Positions 20,643 to 30,203 of a stretch of 64,000 nucleotides of DNA are shown here, in pieces. The stretch comes from Waterburya sp. (GTDB lineage Bacteria > Cyanobacteriota > Cyanobacteriia > Cyanobacteriales > Xenococcaceae). Position 1 is the first letter of the stretch. Each line of letters opens with the position of its first letter. The position numbers and the translations under genes were made by a program. The notes beneath the pieces were generated by a model. That model was not told the DNA's origin. It saw only the letters and a list, made by a program, of their open reading frames with translations, and ran no database searches. Where the stretch lies: NCBI GenBank assembly GCA_965217895.1, contig CBDCJV010000002.1, forward strand, positions 3,680,001 through 3,744,000. Reading direction: 5' to 3'.

Positions 20643-21659
20643 TTAAAAAGGAATTTCTAGATCGATTTTAGATTTGAAACTACCATCTTGTTTGAGATCG
20701 GCATTTAAACCAATCGAACCCAATTTTGTCTGGGCTTTCCAAAAAGCACTGCCGCCAGAAAGAGCAGTTTCTTGATCGACATTAGCCTTAACCCCCAGCC
20801 AACCCAAAGCAGTATTAGCTGCAATTTTAATACTGCCACCAGCGAAAGTCGTATTATCATCAAACTCCCCGCTTACTCCAACTCCAATATTAGAACCCAA
20901 TAAACGATTTGTATTCCAAGAAGCACTGCCACCATTAAATCTAGATTGCTCATCAATTTTGACATTGGCAGTTAAAGAGCCAATCAAGGTATTGGTAGCA
21001 ACATCAACGTTACCGCCAGCAAAGATAGTATTTTGGTCAAATTTACTCTTGACTGCTAGTGAACCCAATTTAGTTTTAGCTTTCCAAGCAGTATTAACAC
21101 CACTAAATTGGGTTGGATTATCAAAATTGCCTTGAATTGCTAATGAACCTAATTTAGTCTCAGTCTGCCAAGCCAGAGTACTTTTGCTCGGTTTAATTTG
21201 CTCACTAATATTAATAGCCAAATTTACTGAGCCTAAATCTGTTTTCGTTTGCCAAAAAGCTTTGCCCTGGTTGAAATTTGCTTGAGAGTCAAAATTACCA
21301 TCAAATTTTAAAGAACCAAGCTTAGTGTCGGTTTTCCAAGATGCTACACCAGATTTAAAAGCAGATGCCCGATTCTCAGAAACATCATCCTCAACTTCAT
21401 TTGAATTAATACTATTTTTATTTACAGTGAAAGCATTGAGGGTAGCAAGGAAAGTATTGTTTGCTTTTTTTTCAGTATCCAATACATCATTAGAAGATAT
21501 TTTGCTAGTTCCTAAAATTTTAGCAGCCGAAAAAAGCTCTAGCTTGCCTTGCATTACTTCGTTACTAGTTGATGGTTGTTTAAAATCACTTTGAAGTACG
21601 ATTGGCTCTAGAAAATTGATCGATGTTCCTAGAAATATTGCTGTTGCAGTTAACCACAT
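20643..21659 (-). CDS. Hypothetical protein with eight ~28-aa beta-hairpin-like repeats; candidate outer-membrane beta-barrel
   Basis: Repeats of the form F.GG.A.W.T.TKLGSL....NFD with alternating hydrophobicity; C-terminus IDLEIPF. ORF is solid, function is inferred. Confidence 0.7.
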   Translation of the reverse strand: MWLTATAIFLGTSINFLEPIVLQSDFKQPSTSNEVMQGKLELFSAAKILGTSKISSNDVLDTEKKANNTFLATLNAFTVNKNSINSNEVEDDVSENRASAFKSGVASWKTDTKLGSLKFDGNFDSQANFNQGKAFWQTKTDLGSVNLAINISEQIKPSKSTLAWQTETKLGSLAIQGNFDNPTQFSGVNTAWKAKTKLGSLAVKSKFDQNTIFAGGNVDVATNTLIGSLTANVKIDEQSRFNGGSASWNTNRLLGSNIGVGVSGEFDDNTTFAGGSIKIAANTALGWLGVKANVDQETALSGGSAFWKAQTKLGSIGLNADLKQDGSFKSKIDLEIPF

Positions 21660-22029
21660 AAATACATTTCTGAAATTTAAAAGGTTTTACGGCTAATCTC
21701 TAGTTTAAATTTATCAGTATGAAAATGGTGTGATCTACAAACGAAGTTTTGATAAAGTTTTTATTTCGCGCTCAATGTAGGTTATTTGGGGCTTTTGAAG
21801 TAATCTACATCATGGGTGTTTAAGTAATTACAGTCAAATTCAATGTTGATTTTTGCTTCAAAAATTTCCGCATTTTCGTTGACTATTAGCATTACTTATG
21901 TGTAAGATAATACTTAAACATAATTAATCTTTAGTTATTTTCCGTAATCTAGTGCAGCGGAATTTTAATCTAAAGCAATTATCAACATCATTAAATAATT
22001 ATCAATAGAACAGGAGATATTTAAATATC

Positions 22030-22458
22030 ATGGGAGATAAAGATTTTTTCTTAAGCCCTGATGACGCTCAGACTATGGGCAACATCGAATACATGAGAAC
22101 TAGCAGAAGAACTAGAAGAACCTTCCCCAAAACTCTTAAGAACCAGAACGGTTCTGCGTTTGAAAACGAAGTTTCTTCGATGGACAACAGGAACAACCTT
22201 TATAAAAATAGTAATACTAATCAGAATACTACTGAAAATACTGTTTTTAATCCTACTCCTAGCTCTCAGTCTCAGCCTGGAATTACTGGCGGTTCAGCGG
22301 TTAATCAAACCAATCAAGGTCAGCCTCAGTATAATTTTCAGCAGTCTGCACCTGCTCCCGCACCTGCACCAACTCAGGAATCTCCTGAGAAGCGTCGTCA
22401 GTCAGACAACAGCATGGATATGTTCCGCAACATGGCTAAGAACATCCGTAAAAGATAA
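22030..22458 (+). CDS. Conserved cyanobacterial hypothetical protein, largely low-complexity
   Basis: RBS CAGGAG; FFLSPDDAQTMGNIEYMR...RRTFPKT and SMDMFRNMAK motifs; terminator-like hairpin downstream. Confidence 0.8.
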   Translation: MGDKDFFLSPDDAQTMGNIEYMRTSRRTRRTFPKTLKNQNGSAFENEVSSMDNRNNLYKNSNTNQNTTENTVFNPTPSSQSQPGITGGSAVNQTNQGQPQYNFQQSAPAPAPAPTQESPEKRRQSDNSMDMFRNMAKNIRKR

Positions 22459-22508
22459 TAAATTAATTCAAAACTGAATATCAATAAAGTTGCAGTTTAG
22501 ACAAAAAT

Positions 22509-22547
22509 AATACTTGAGGTAAATTATTACAGTTCACCTCAAGTATT
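22509..22547 (+). terminator. Stem-loop, likely terminator
   Basis: aatacttgaggt ... acctcaagtatt 12-bp stem. Confidence 0.6.
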
Positions 22548-22731
22548 TAGTCTGCTTGACTGACAAAAGATAGTCGTTAATAGCGGTAAATGACGGTGGA
22601 TTGACACTCATAGGAATCATATCCTGACACAAAACTGTACAGGTCTAATCTAACATAGATATATAGACTAATAATGATTTACCTGAACTTTGCCATTGAA
22701 TATCAAGTCAGTTTCATTAATGTTTGTTTAT

Positions 22732-25092
22732 CTAAATGGCGATCGATCGGCTACGGGTAGCATAATCGCTTTGAGATGATTCACTAGATGTCTCATCAAT
22801 TAGAGAATCTTTTAGCTTTACTGTTGTTAAGCTTACCGCACAGGCTTTTAGTTCTGGTTGAAGAGAAATAGGACAGGCTTGGGGGTGGGTTAGTGAGTTA
22901 GCTTCGCCGTTATCTGTCCACAATGCGCCCCAGTGCATTGGCACAAAAACCGTACCTGGAACGATCGCCTTAGTGATTCTAGCAGCAAAACGCCCTTCAC
23001 CACGGCGCGATCGCACTTCTACCATAGTTGCCTCTTCGATATCTAATTTGGCAGCATCTTGAGGGTGAATTTCGATAAAGGGCTGAGGTTGCTTTTTCAT
23101 GATCTTGTCAATGCGCCCAGTACGAGTCATGGTGTGCCAGTGTTCATATAAGCGACCAATGGTTAGCACAAAAGGATAGTCTGGATCGATGGGTTCAGCT
23201 AGTCCCTTAGAATGGAAAGCAGCAAATTTTGCCCGTCCATCAGCCGTATTAAATCTGCCGTCGGTGTACAGCCTTTTAGCTGCTGTAGTTTCTTCTTTGC
23301 TGGGAAACAGATTAGAAAACAAACCTTTTTTTTCATCCTCTTCCGTAATATTTCCTTGAGTGCTACAGGTCAAAGAAACAGTTAATAAATCATCTTGACT
23401 TGTTGCCTCTAGTGGACAGGGCCACTGAATTGCTCCCTGTTGGCGTAATCGTCCATGACTTAAACCACTCATGTCGCAGGGACGATTTTTGGTTAGCTGG
23501 ACAAATTCTTGATACACCTGAGCAGAATTGGCAAAATTAAATTCTTTGGTAAAACCCAGACGACGACCGACCTCGGCAAATATTGCCCAATCTGCCTTAG
23601 CTTCCCCTGGAGGATCGCGAAACTGAGGACAGAGGGTGACAACTCTTTCTGAGTTAGTCATTGTCCCCGTTTTTTCTCCCCACTGTGCCGCTGGTAAGAT
23701 TACGTGGGCAAAACTGGCGGTTTCTAAAGGATAGTAAGCATCTTGAACGATAGTAAAAGGCGATCGCAACAGGGCTTTTTTGGTTCTAACTAGATCGGGC
23801 ATACTTACCGCAGGATTGGTAGCTGCTACCCAAAATACGCCTACGTCTCCTGTTTCTAAACCTGTAATCATGCTCCAGGTATCTCTACCAGGAAGGTCAT
23901 TAATACTGCCAGGAGGTAACTGCCAAACCTGTTCTACCTCCGCCCGATGCTGGGCATTTTTGACTACTCGATAACCAGGAAGGATATGGGATAAGCCACC
24001 TGCCTCTCTTCCACCCATAGCGTTAGGTTGACCTGTCAGAGAAAAAGGGCCTGCCCCAGGTTTGCCAATATTACCCGTCATTAGGTGCAGGTTAATGATT
24101 GTCCGTACTTTTGCTGTTCCTTCTGAGGACTGATTTACTCCCATCGACCACATAGAAAGCACGTTGTCTGATTCTGCCCAATAGCGAGCAGCTTCTTCTA
24201 AATGATCGATCCGAATACCACAGCGACGAGCAACTAATTCTGGGGGATATTGTTGAATGACCTGGACATAATTACTAAAGCCTTGAGTACATTCATCAAT
24301 AAAGTAGGTATCTAGTTCTCCCCAGCGGAGTAGAAGATGAGCAATGCCGTTGAGCAAATCCATATCTGTGCCTGGCTGGATCGCTAAATGGAGGTCTGCA
24401 TCCTTTGCTGTTTTCGTCTTGCGAGGATCGACAACGATCATCTTGACCTTGCGGTTTTTCTTGTGGTGTAACCGCAAACGATTATAAACAATGGGATGAC
24501 ATTCGGCGGTGTTAGTGCCAATGAGAAAAGCACAGTCAGTTAGTTCTAAGTCATCGTAACAAGAGGGTGGTCCATCTGAACCAAAGCTTTGCATATATCC
24601 CGCTACGGCTGAGGACATACAGAGACGAGAATTGGCATCGAAGTTATTTGTACCTAGACAGCCTTTGAGTAATTTTTGGGCAATATAATAATCTTCGGTT
24701 TGAAACTGCCCTGAACCATACATACAGATGGCTTCAGCCCCCTGAGTGTCTTTTACTTCCTTGATTCGAGACACAATACGGTTTAAAGCGACATCCCAGC
24801 TAACGCGGCGAAATTCTTGATCTAACGAATCTCGCATCATAGGATATTTAAGACGGTCTTTATCTAAAGATTCAGCAACAGTGCCACCTTTTATACATAC
24901 TTTACCTTTACTGGAGGGATGAGCGCGATCGCCTCTGACTTGCCACAACGGGTTTCCTTGGCTGTCTCTATTGGTAGCTTTCCCTGATTGTGCAGGAGGT
25001 AAAACTTCTAAACCACAGCCAACTCCGCAGTAGGGACATAAGGTTTTAATCGGTTCGCTCACTTTGCTTTTCTCCAGGTTGAATATCGTCAA
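22732..25092 (-). CDS. narB: Ferredoxin-nitrate reductase
   Basis: CPYCGVGCG...C Fe-S motif, [34 protein letters not shown]; downstream of nrtP. Confidence 0.97.
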   Translation of the reverse strand: MTIFNLEKSKVSEPIKTLCPYCGVGCGLEVLPPAQSGKATNRDSQGNPLWQVRGDRAHPSSKGKVCIKGGTVAESLDKDRLKYPMMRDSLDQEFRRVSWDVALNRIVSRIKEVKDTQGAEAICMYGSGQFQTEDYYIAQKLLKGCLGTNNFDANSRLCMSSAVAGYMQSFGSDGPPSCYDDLELTDCAFLIGTNTAECHPIVYNRLRLHHKKNRKVKMIVVDPRKTKTAKDADLHLAIQPGTDMDLLNGIAHLLLRWGELDTYFIDECTQGFSNYVQVIQQYPPELVARRCGIRIDHLEEAARYWAESDNVLSMWSMGVNQSSEGTAKVRTIINLHLMTGNIGKPGAGPFSLTGQPNAMGGREAGGLSHILPGYRVVKNAQHRAEVEQVWQLPPGSINDLPGRDTWSMITGLETGDVGVFWVAATNPAVSMPDLVRTKKALLRSPFTIVQDAYYPLETASFAHVILPAAQWGEKTGTMTNSERVVTLCPQFRDPPGEAKADWAIFAEVGRRLGFTKEFNFANSAQVYQEFVQLTKNRPCDMSGLSHGRLRQQGAIQWPCPLEATSQDDLLTVSLTCSTQGNITEEDEKKGLFSNLFPSKEETTAAKRLYTDGRFNTADGRAKFAAFHSKGLAEPIDPDYPFVLTIGRLYEHWHTMTRTGRIDKIMKKQPQPFIEIHPQDAAKLDIEEATMVEVRSRRGEGRFAARITKAIVPGTVFVPMHWGALWTDNGEANSLTHPQACPISLQPELKACAVSLTTVKLKDSLIDETSSESSQSDYATRSRSIAI

Positions 25093-25235
25093 ATATTTAT
25101 GCCTAAAATAAATAAAAATTTTATTATTTTACGTTCTACTAATCAGTTGTATTGGATCGTGACCATGAACTACTGTGGGCAATAATACTAAATAAAGATT
25201 TTTTTAAAAGATTTTTTAATTATTTCGATCAGAGC

Positions 25236-25279
25236 AAAAAATGCTGAGAAAGCATACATCCAAATATATGTTCTCAGCA
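25236..25279 (-). terminator. Stem-loop with U-tract between nrtP and narB
   Basis: tgctgagaa (25242-50) / ttctcagca (25271-79), followed by T6 on the minus strand. Confidence 0.55.
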
Positions 25280-25306
25280 CTAAGTATTGTGTAGCCGTTG
25301 AGATAG

Positions 25307-26872
25307 CTAGATCTTTTCTACTCCTAGTGCTGGCTCAGGTGTAAAACTGGGATTAACATCATGTTCCTCGTCATGATGAGCTTCAGCAAATGAACCTTTA
25401 GGCTCTTTGAGAACTACAAAACATAATGCCGACACGACTAACGCTGCCACACCCATAATTTGGAAAAAGCGTACATTAGCTGCTGCTTCAATGGCGGGAG
25501 AAGGATCTGCACCACCACCCCCTAGCCAACCAGGTAGCAAACTGAAGATTGTCAGATAAACTACTGCGCCAACGTTACCATAGGCTCCCACGTTACCAGC
25601 AACCTGACCAGTTACACGTTTTTTAATTAAAGGCACAATTGAAAAGGTAGAACCTTCCCCTGCCTGGACAAAGAAAGAACAGCACATAGTCAACACGACC
25701 GCAGCGGGTAAAAACCAGCCACTTCCCACTTGGCTCAGGAGTAAATAACCAATACCTATACAGCCAGTCATTACCCCCATAGTTAGCTTACGGCTACCCA
25801 ATTTATCAGAAATAAGACCACCGCCAGGACGAGCAACTAAGTTCATAAAGGCATAGCTAGCAGCAATCATACCTGCTGCTGCCACGGATAAAGTAAATGT
25901 TCCTTGAAAAAAAGCAGGTAGCATCGAAACCACAGCCAACTCTGATCCAAAGTTGACAAAATAGGTAAGCTCTAACATGGCAACCTGAGAAAAGTTGTAG
26001 CGATCTTCTGCGGGGTAACGCTTTTTACCTGTCATCAAGTCTTTATTAACTGCCCAGCAGTTATAAGCTTGGAATAAATATAATCCTAATAAAGCAAGCC
26101 AGATAATATACATTGTGCCTGTGCCATATAGCTTAAGCTTCATTAAACGCCAAGCAACCAGCACTAAGACTCCAGTTAAGGGAACGTTCATAAGCAACAA
26201 GAACCCAAAGTCTTTCTTACTAGTAACTTCCAAACCCCTAGCACTTTTAGGACGACGATAAACTTTGCCTGGAGGTGCATCTTTAGCATTAAATAAATAA
26301 AATATCCCGTACAACGCAGCAATAATACCAGTACCAGCAATACAAGCACGCCAGTTAATATCTGCACCTGGTGCGCCAAATGCTAAAAAACCACCAACGC
26401 TAGCTAAGGTAAAGGCAGAGAAAGCAGAACCAAAGTTACCCCAGCCACCATAGATACCTTCAGCTAGACCAATTTCCTTGGGAGGAAACCACTCAGCAAC
26501 CATACGAATACCAATTACAAAACCTGCACCGACAATACCCATTAGCAAGCGTGAAATCACTAGCTGGCTGAAGTTTTGCGCTGAGGCAAACATAATACAG
26601 GGAATGGATGCGTACATTAGCAGCAGTGAGAAAGTTAGTCTAGGACCAAACTTATCCAACAGCATCCCAATAATAATTCGTGCAGGAACAGTTAAAGCCA
26701 CGTTACAAATTGCTAGAGTTTTAATTTGTTCTCCTGTCAAACCCATATCGGCTTTAATAGTAGTAGCTAAAGGAGGTAGATTAAACCAAACTACAAACGT
26801 TAAAAAGAACGCAAACCAAGTTATATGGAGTGTTTTGTATCTACCCCTGAATTGCCACATTTCTCCGAGCAT
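25307..26872 (-). CDS. nrtP: NarK/NRT2-type MFS nitrate/nitrite permease
   Basis: GAGFVIGIRMVAEWFP, EGIYGGWGNFG, NFGSELAVVSMLP, GNVGAYGNVG. Confidence 0.95.
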   Translation of the reverse strand: MLGEMWQFRGRYKTLHITWFAFFLTFVVWFNLPPLATTIKADMGLTGEQIKTLAICNVALTVPARIIIGMLLDKFGPRLTFSLLLMYASIPCIMFASAQNFSQLVISRLLMGIVGAGFVIGIRMVAEWFPPKEIGLAEGIYGGWGNFGSAFSAFTLASVGGFLAFGAPGADINWRACIAGTGIIAALYGIFYLFNAKDAPPGKVYRRPKSARGLEVTSKKDFGFLLLMNVPLTGVLVLVAWRLMKLKLYGTGTMYIIWLALLGLYLFQAYNCWAVNKDLMTGKKRYPAEDRYNFSQVAMLELTYFVNFGSELAVVSMLPAFFQGTFTLSVAAAGMIAASYAFMNLVARPGGGLISDKLGSRKLTMGVMTGCIGIGYLLLSQVGSGWFLPAAVVLTMCCSFFVQAGEGSTFSIVPLIKKRVTGQVAGNVGAYGNVGAVVYLTIFSLLPGWLGGGGADPSPAIEAAANVRFFQIMGVAALVVSALCFVVLKEPKGSFAEAHHDEEHDVNPSFTPEPALGVEKI

Positions 26873-27124
26873 TATTTACCTTCCTAATTGTCAAAAGTTA
26901 CCGTAGTTAAAAGTTAAAGTTGAGAGACTAAATACCAGAACGATGCACAATTTTAATATCTATCTTTTGGGTTTTAAATTCCCCTTCATAATTACGCAAT
27001 TGTTGCTTTTTGATCTATCTTCTATCTGTCTCTATTTACATCTGAGGAACTAAATTGAATTACATATAGTCCTTAGGATGTATTTATCTTGAGGTAATAG
27101 TTGCATTTAAAAAAAGGTTTTATC

Positions 27125-27138
27125 GTATATTTAGCTAC
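27125..27138 (-). promoter_or_regulatory. NtcA binding site upstream of nrtP-narB
   Basis: GTA-TATTTAGC-TAC, a perfect GTA-N8-TAC ~250 nt upstream of nrtP. An AT-N11-AT (NtcB-like) sits at 27151-27165. No perfect -10 box at the canonical spacing. Confidence 0.65.
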
Positions 27139-27347
27139 CGAATTTTATTAATAGAGCATTTTTATGTATTTTTTACATAATTCAAATACTTTTATTGCAT
27201 TTTAGGTAATTATTAGATTACGAAAATAAATATTTGATATTTAGTTGACAACTAAAAAAATTGGTATAAGGATATAAATAAACAAAAAAGATCGAAGCTA
27301 TTAAACTTCAATCTCATGTAAATCTTCAATTTTTGAGCTAATTTCAA

Positions 27348-28700
27348 CTAGACTTTTTGCTGACGTAATTTTTGGACAGAATACAGTTCATCCATATCGC
27401 GCGATCGCTGTGTCTTTAACATGGATAATTCTGTAGTTAAAAGAAAGCTTACAAAGCTAGAAATAGCAATTACAGGCAGCATAGCCGTCCCCGAAAGCAC
27501 GCTGAGAATGATGCTGGTGCTAATCGGGGTTTTGGTAACTGCAACATTAACCGCAGCCATGAGGCAAACCATAGCTACTGTAGGATGAACTTGAGGTATA
27601 GCCAAAGATATAGCCAAGCCAACGTTAGCACCAATAAAGAACAAAGGAAAAATAAACCCGCCCAAAAAGCCTGAGTGAAGAGTAAAGCTAATGGCAAACA
27701 TTTTAGCAACTGCGATCGCAACTAACATTGCTACACTCAAAGTTGCTCCTGTTTGAATTACGGTTTCTATTTGTGCTTCACTAAAGAAGAGAGTTTGAGG
27801 AAAGGTGAAGGCGATTAGACCAATCGAAAGACCACCACAGGTTGCTAAAATAATTCGCTGATCTTCCAAAGGTTTAGCTAGCTTACCGATCAAACGAAAA
27901 ATTAGTACAAAGATGGTTGCTACCAATGCTCCCGCTGCACCCAAGGCGATGCCTTCTAGTAGCTCTAAGGAAGTCAGTTTGGGAATCACGTTAAAGTGAT
28001 ACATTCCCCCAATGCTGATGCCAGTGTTGAGACGGAAAATAGCAAAAGAGAAAATTGCCGAAATAATTGCTGGGGCGATCGCTTCATAATATTCTAGTCC
28101 TTTACGATGGGGAATTTCTAGGGCAAACAAAGCAGCACCTATTGGCGCACCAAAAAATGCACCCAAAGCAGCACTCATACCGCAAAAGGTCATAACCCTA
28201 ACAGAATCGCTAGTAACATTTAGCTTGTCTCCTAGCCAGCTACCAAAGCTTCCGTTTACCTGGACTAAAGGAGCTTCTGGCCCTGCACTTCCTCCAGCAG
28301 TAATGGCAATCAAAGAGGCAATAATCATCGCGGGAGTTTTTTTAATATCAATTTTACCAGGACTATGAATGCGATCGACTACCTGCGCCATCTCTCCTGG
28401 TAAGCCCATAAAATATAGCACTAAGCCCACGCAAAAACCGCCAATAGTAGTGGCGATCAATACATAGTTTTTAGCTGGAAACCAACTAGGAAAATAGGGC
28501 TGCAAAAAGTTAGGAACTGTATGCCAAACCCCGTGCATCATTCCTTCTAAAACAAAATAATAAATGGTAGCGACCAAACCGCCGACAATACCAATCACTA
28601 CTGAACAAAGAATTATCTGATGATAGGTAAGCGATCGCTTATCCAGATTAATATCTGCTATTTTCTCTAAAAGAATTTCTTTATTTACTTGGGTAGTCAA
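27348..28700 (-). CDS. ClC-family chloride channel/transporter
   Basis: GGSAGPEAP, FFGAPIGAALFALE, GGFIFPLF. Confidence 0.92.
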   Translation of the reverse strand: MTTQVNKEILLEKIADINLDKRSLTYHQIILCSVVIGIVGGLVATIYYFVLEGMMHGVWHTVPNFLQPYFPSWFPAKNYVLIATTIGGFCVGLVLYFMGLPGEMAQVVDRIHSPGKIDIKKTPAMIIASLIAITAGGSAGPEAPLVQVNGSFGSWLGDKLNVTSDSVRVMTFCGMSAALGAFFGAPIGAALFALEIPHRKGLEYYEAIAPAIISAIFSFAIFRLNTGISIGGMYHFNVIPKLTSLELLEGIALGAAGALVATIFVLIFRLIGKLAKPLEDQRIILATCGGLSIGLIAFTFPQTLFFSEAQIETVIQTGATLSVAMLVAIAVAKMFAISFTLHSGFLGGFIFPLFFIGANVGLAISLAIPQVHPTVAMVCLMAAVNVAVTKTPISTSIILSVLSGTAMLPVIAISSFVSFLLTTELSMLKTQRSRDMDELYSVQKLRQQKV

Positions 28701-28956
28701 TGCCTTTTACCTCAAAATTTTAGCCAGGATTTAGATGTCAAGGATGATGTATTTAGTGACTTGCATCTAAATTTTGTTTTTTCACCGTTGCGTTAAATCT
28801 AGTTGCTGGCTAAAAGTAAGATTGTTCATTTTGCTACCGTTTGCGGAGATAGATGCAATTTGTCTATTTTAATAATCCTTTTATTACATCGAACTGTAAA
28901 ATAAAAAAATTATTTATTCCCTCCAAATGACGACGCGCCCTATATTCAATAGAAAA

Positions 28957-28979
28957 AAGCATCTAAATATTAGATGCTT
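28957..28979 (-). terminator. Probable sigF terminator
   Basis: aagcatcta-aatat-tagatgctt hairpin with a T-run on the minus strand. Confidence 0.6.
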
Positions 28980-29082
28980 ATAAAATAGACTGTTAAAATA
29001 ATTATTTCTGTAGATTGAGCTGATTATTGACTTAATAAATATCTATATGTTTTTTGACTGGATAAATTTAATCGCTATCAAT

Positions 29083-29850
29083 TTATGCTGCTTGAGCCTC
29101 AAGCATTGTACCCAACTGTTCGATACCTTTATGTAAATGTCTAGTGACAGTCATAGGGCTAATACCAATATGTTTGGCTGCTTCTTTACGAGGTAAATCC
29201 CAAAGAAAAACACACTCAATAGCTGCTTTAGTTTTTTCTTCTAGCTGACCCATTGCTCTTTGTAACTGTAGCTTATCGTCTTCTAATTTGCGCTGTTGAT
29301 GATAGTTAGGATCGGCAATAGTATCGCCAAAGGTAATTGAAGAGTCCAAAGAATTATTTATCACCGCATCTAAACTAATTGGTAAACGGTTTTGCAGTGC
29401 CAATTGACATTCACTCCACTCTTCTAAAGGTACGCCTAAACCCTTAGCTAACTCCGTATCTCTAGGTAAACGTCCTAATTCTTCAATTAAATCTTTGCGT
29501 AATTTTTTACCTCTAGTATAAAGTTCTTGCCATCTACGGGGAATCCGCATCATGCTACCTCTATCTCTAAGGTAATGAAGCATTTCACCGCGAATGTAAG
29601 GAATTGCAAAAGAGCTAAATGCAGAACCCTGCAAAGGATCGAAGCGTTCGATCGCCCTGATTAAACCAAGATAGCCGATTTGTTCCAAATCTTCATAGGG
29701 TTCGGCGCATTTTCGGCAAATTTGATGAGCTACTTTTCGGACTAGGCCTATATTCAACTCAACTAATTTATTGCGTAATTTTAAAGAGGGATTACGATAA
29801 TAATCCTGAAGGAATTCCATGCAACGATAACTAAGAGTTTGAGTAGCCAT
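29083..29850 (-). CDS. sigF: RNA polymerase sigma factor SigF (group 3)
   Basis: LRNKLVELNIGLVRKVAH, EPYEDLEQIGYLGLIRAIERF, IRGEMLHYLRD, GISPMTVTR. Confidence 0.95.
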   Translation of the reverse strand: MATQTLSYRCMEFLQDYYRNPSLKLRNKLVELNIGLVRKVAHQICRKCAEPYEDLEQIGYLGLIRAIERFDPLQGSAFSSFAIPYIRGEMLHYLRDRGSMMRIPRRWQELYTRGKKLRKDLIEELGRLPRDTELAKGLGVPLEEWSECQLALQNRLPISLDAVINNSLDSSITFGDTIADPNYHQQRKLEDDKLQLQRAMGQLEEKTKAAIECVFLWDLPRKEAAKHIGISPMTVTRHLHKGIEQLGTMLEAQAA

Positions 29851-30140
29851 AAAAATAATGTTTTCAGTATCAACAATCTATTTATGTGAATCTAAATCTC
29901 ATTTTCTGTTGCGTTAAAAATCTACACCATAGTTGTTTCACGGAAAAATTCGCGATTGACTTTTTTTATCTCCGAGCAAACACGCATTAGATGTCAAACT
30001 ATTTGATGAAGATTTTTTTTATAAACTACTTATTTTGAATGAATCAAATTGAGCTATTTTAAGCGTAGAATACGTAAAAAGCATCTGGTTTTATAATGAT
30101 CTTGACAAAATCAAAAAGCAAATGTTTGCCGAAAATAGCA

Positions 30141-30173
30141 AAAAAAAACAGGAACAGTGTCCACTATTCCTGT
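30141..30173 (-). terminator. Intrinsic terminator after the ACP-AONS gene
   Basis: acaggaa-cagtg..cact-attcctgt stem followed by a poly-T run on the minus strand. Confidence 0.6.
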
Positions 30174-30203
30174 AAGTAAAGTTTTAATTATTTCAGATAA
30201 AGT

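Noticed and set aside
28700..28950. Fluoride riboswitch and CLC-F exporter hypothesis
   Set aside because: No crcB-motif consensus seen. The protein has GPEAP/GGFIFP rather than the GREGT/GEVTP signatures of fluoride exporters.
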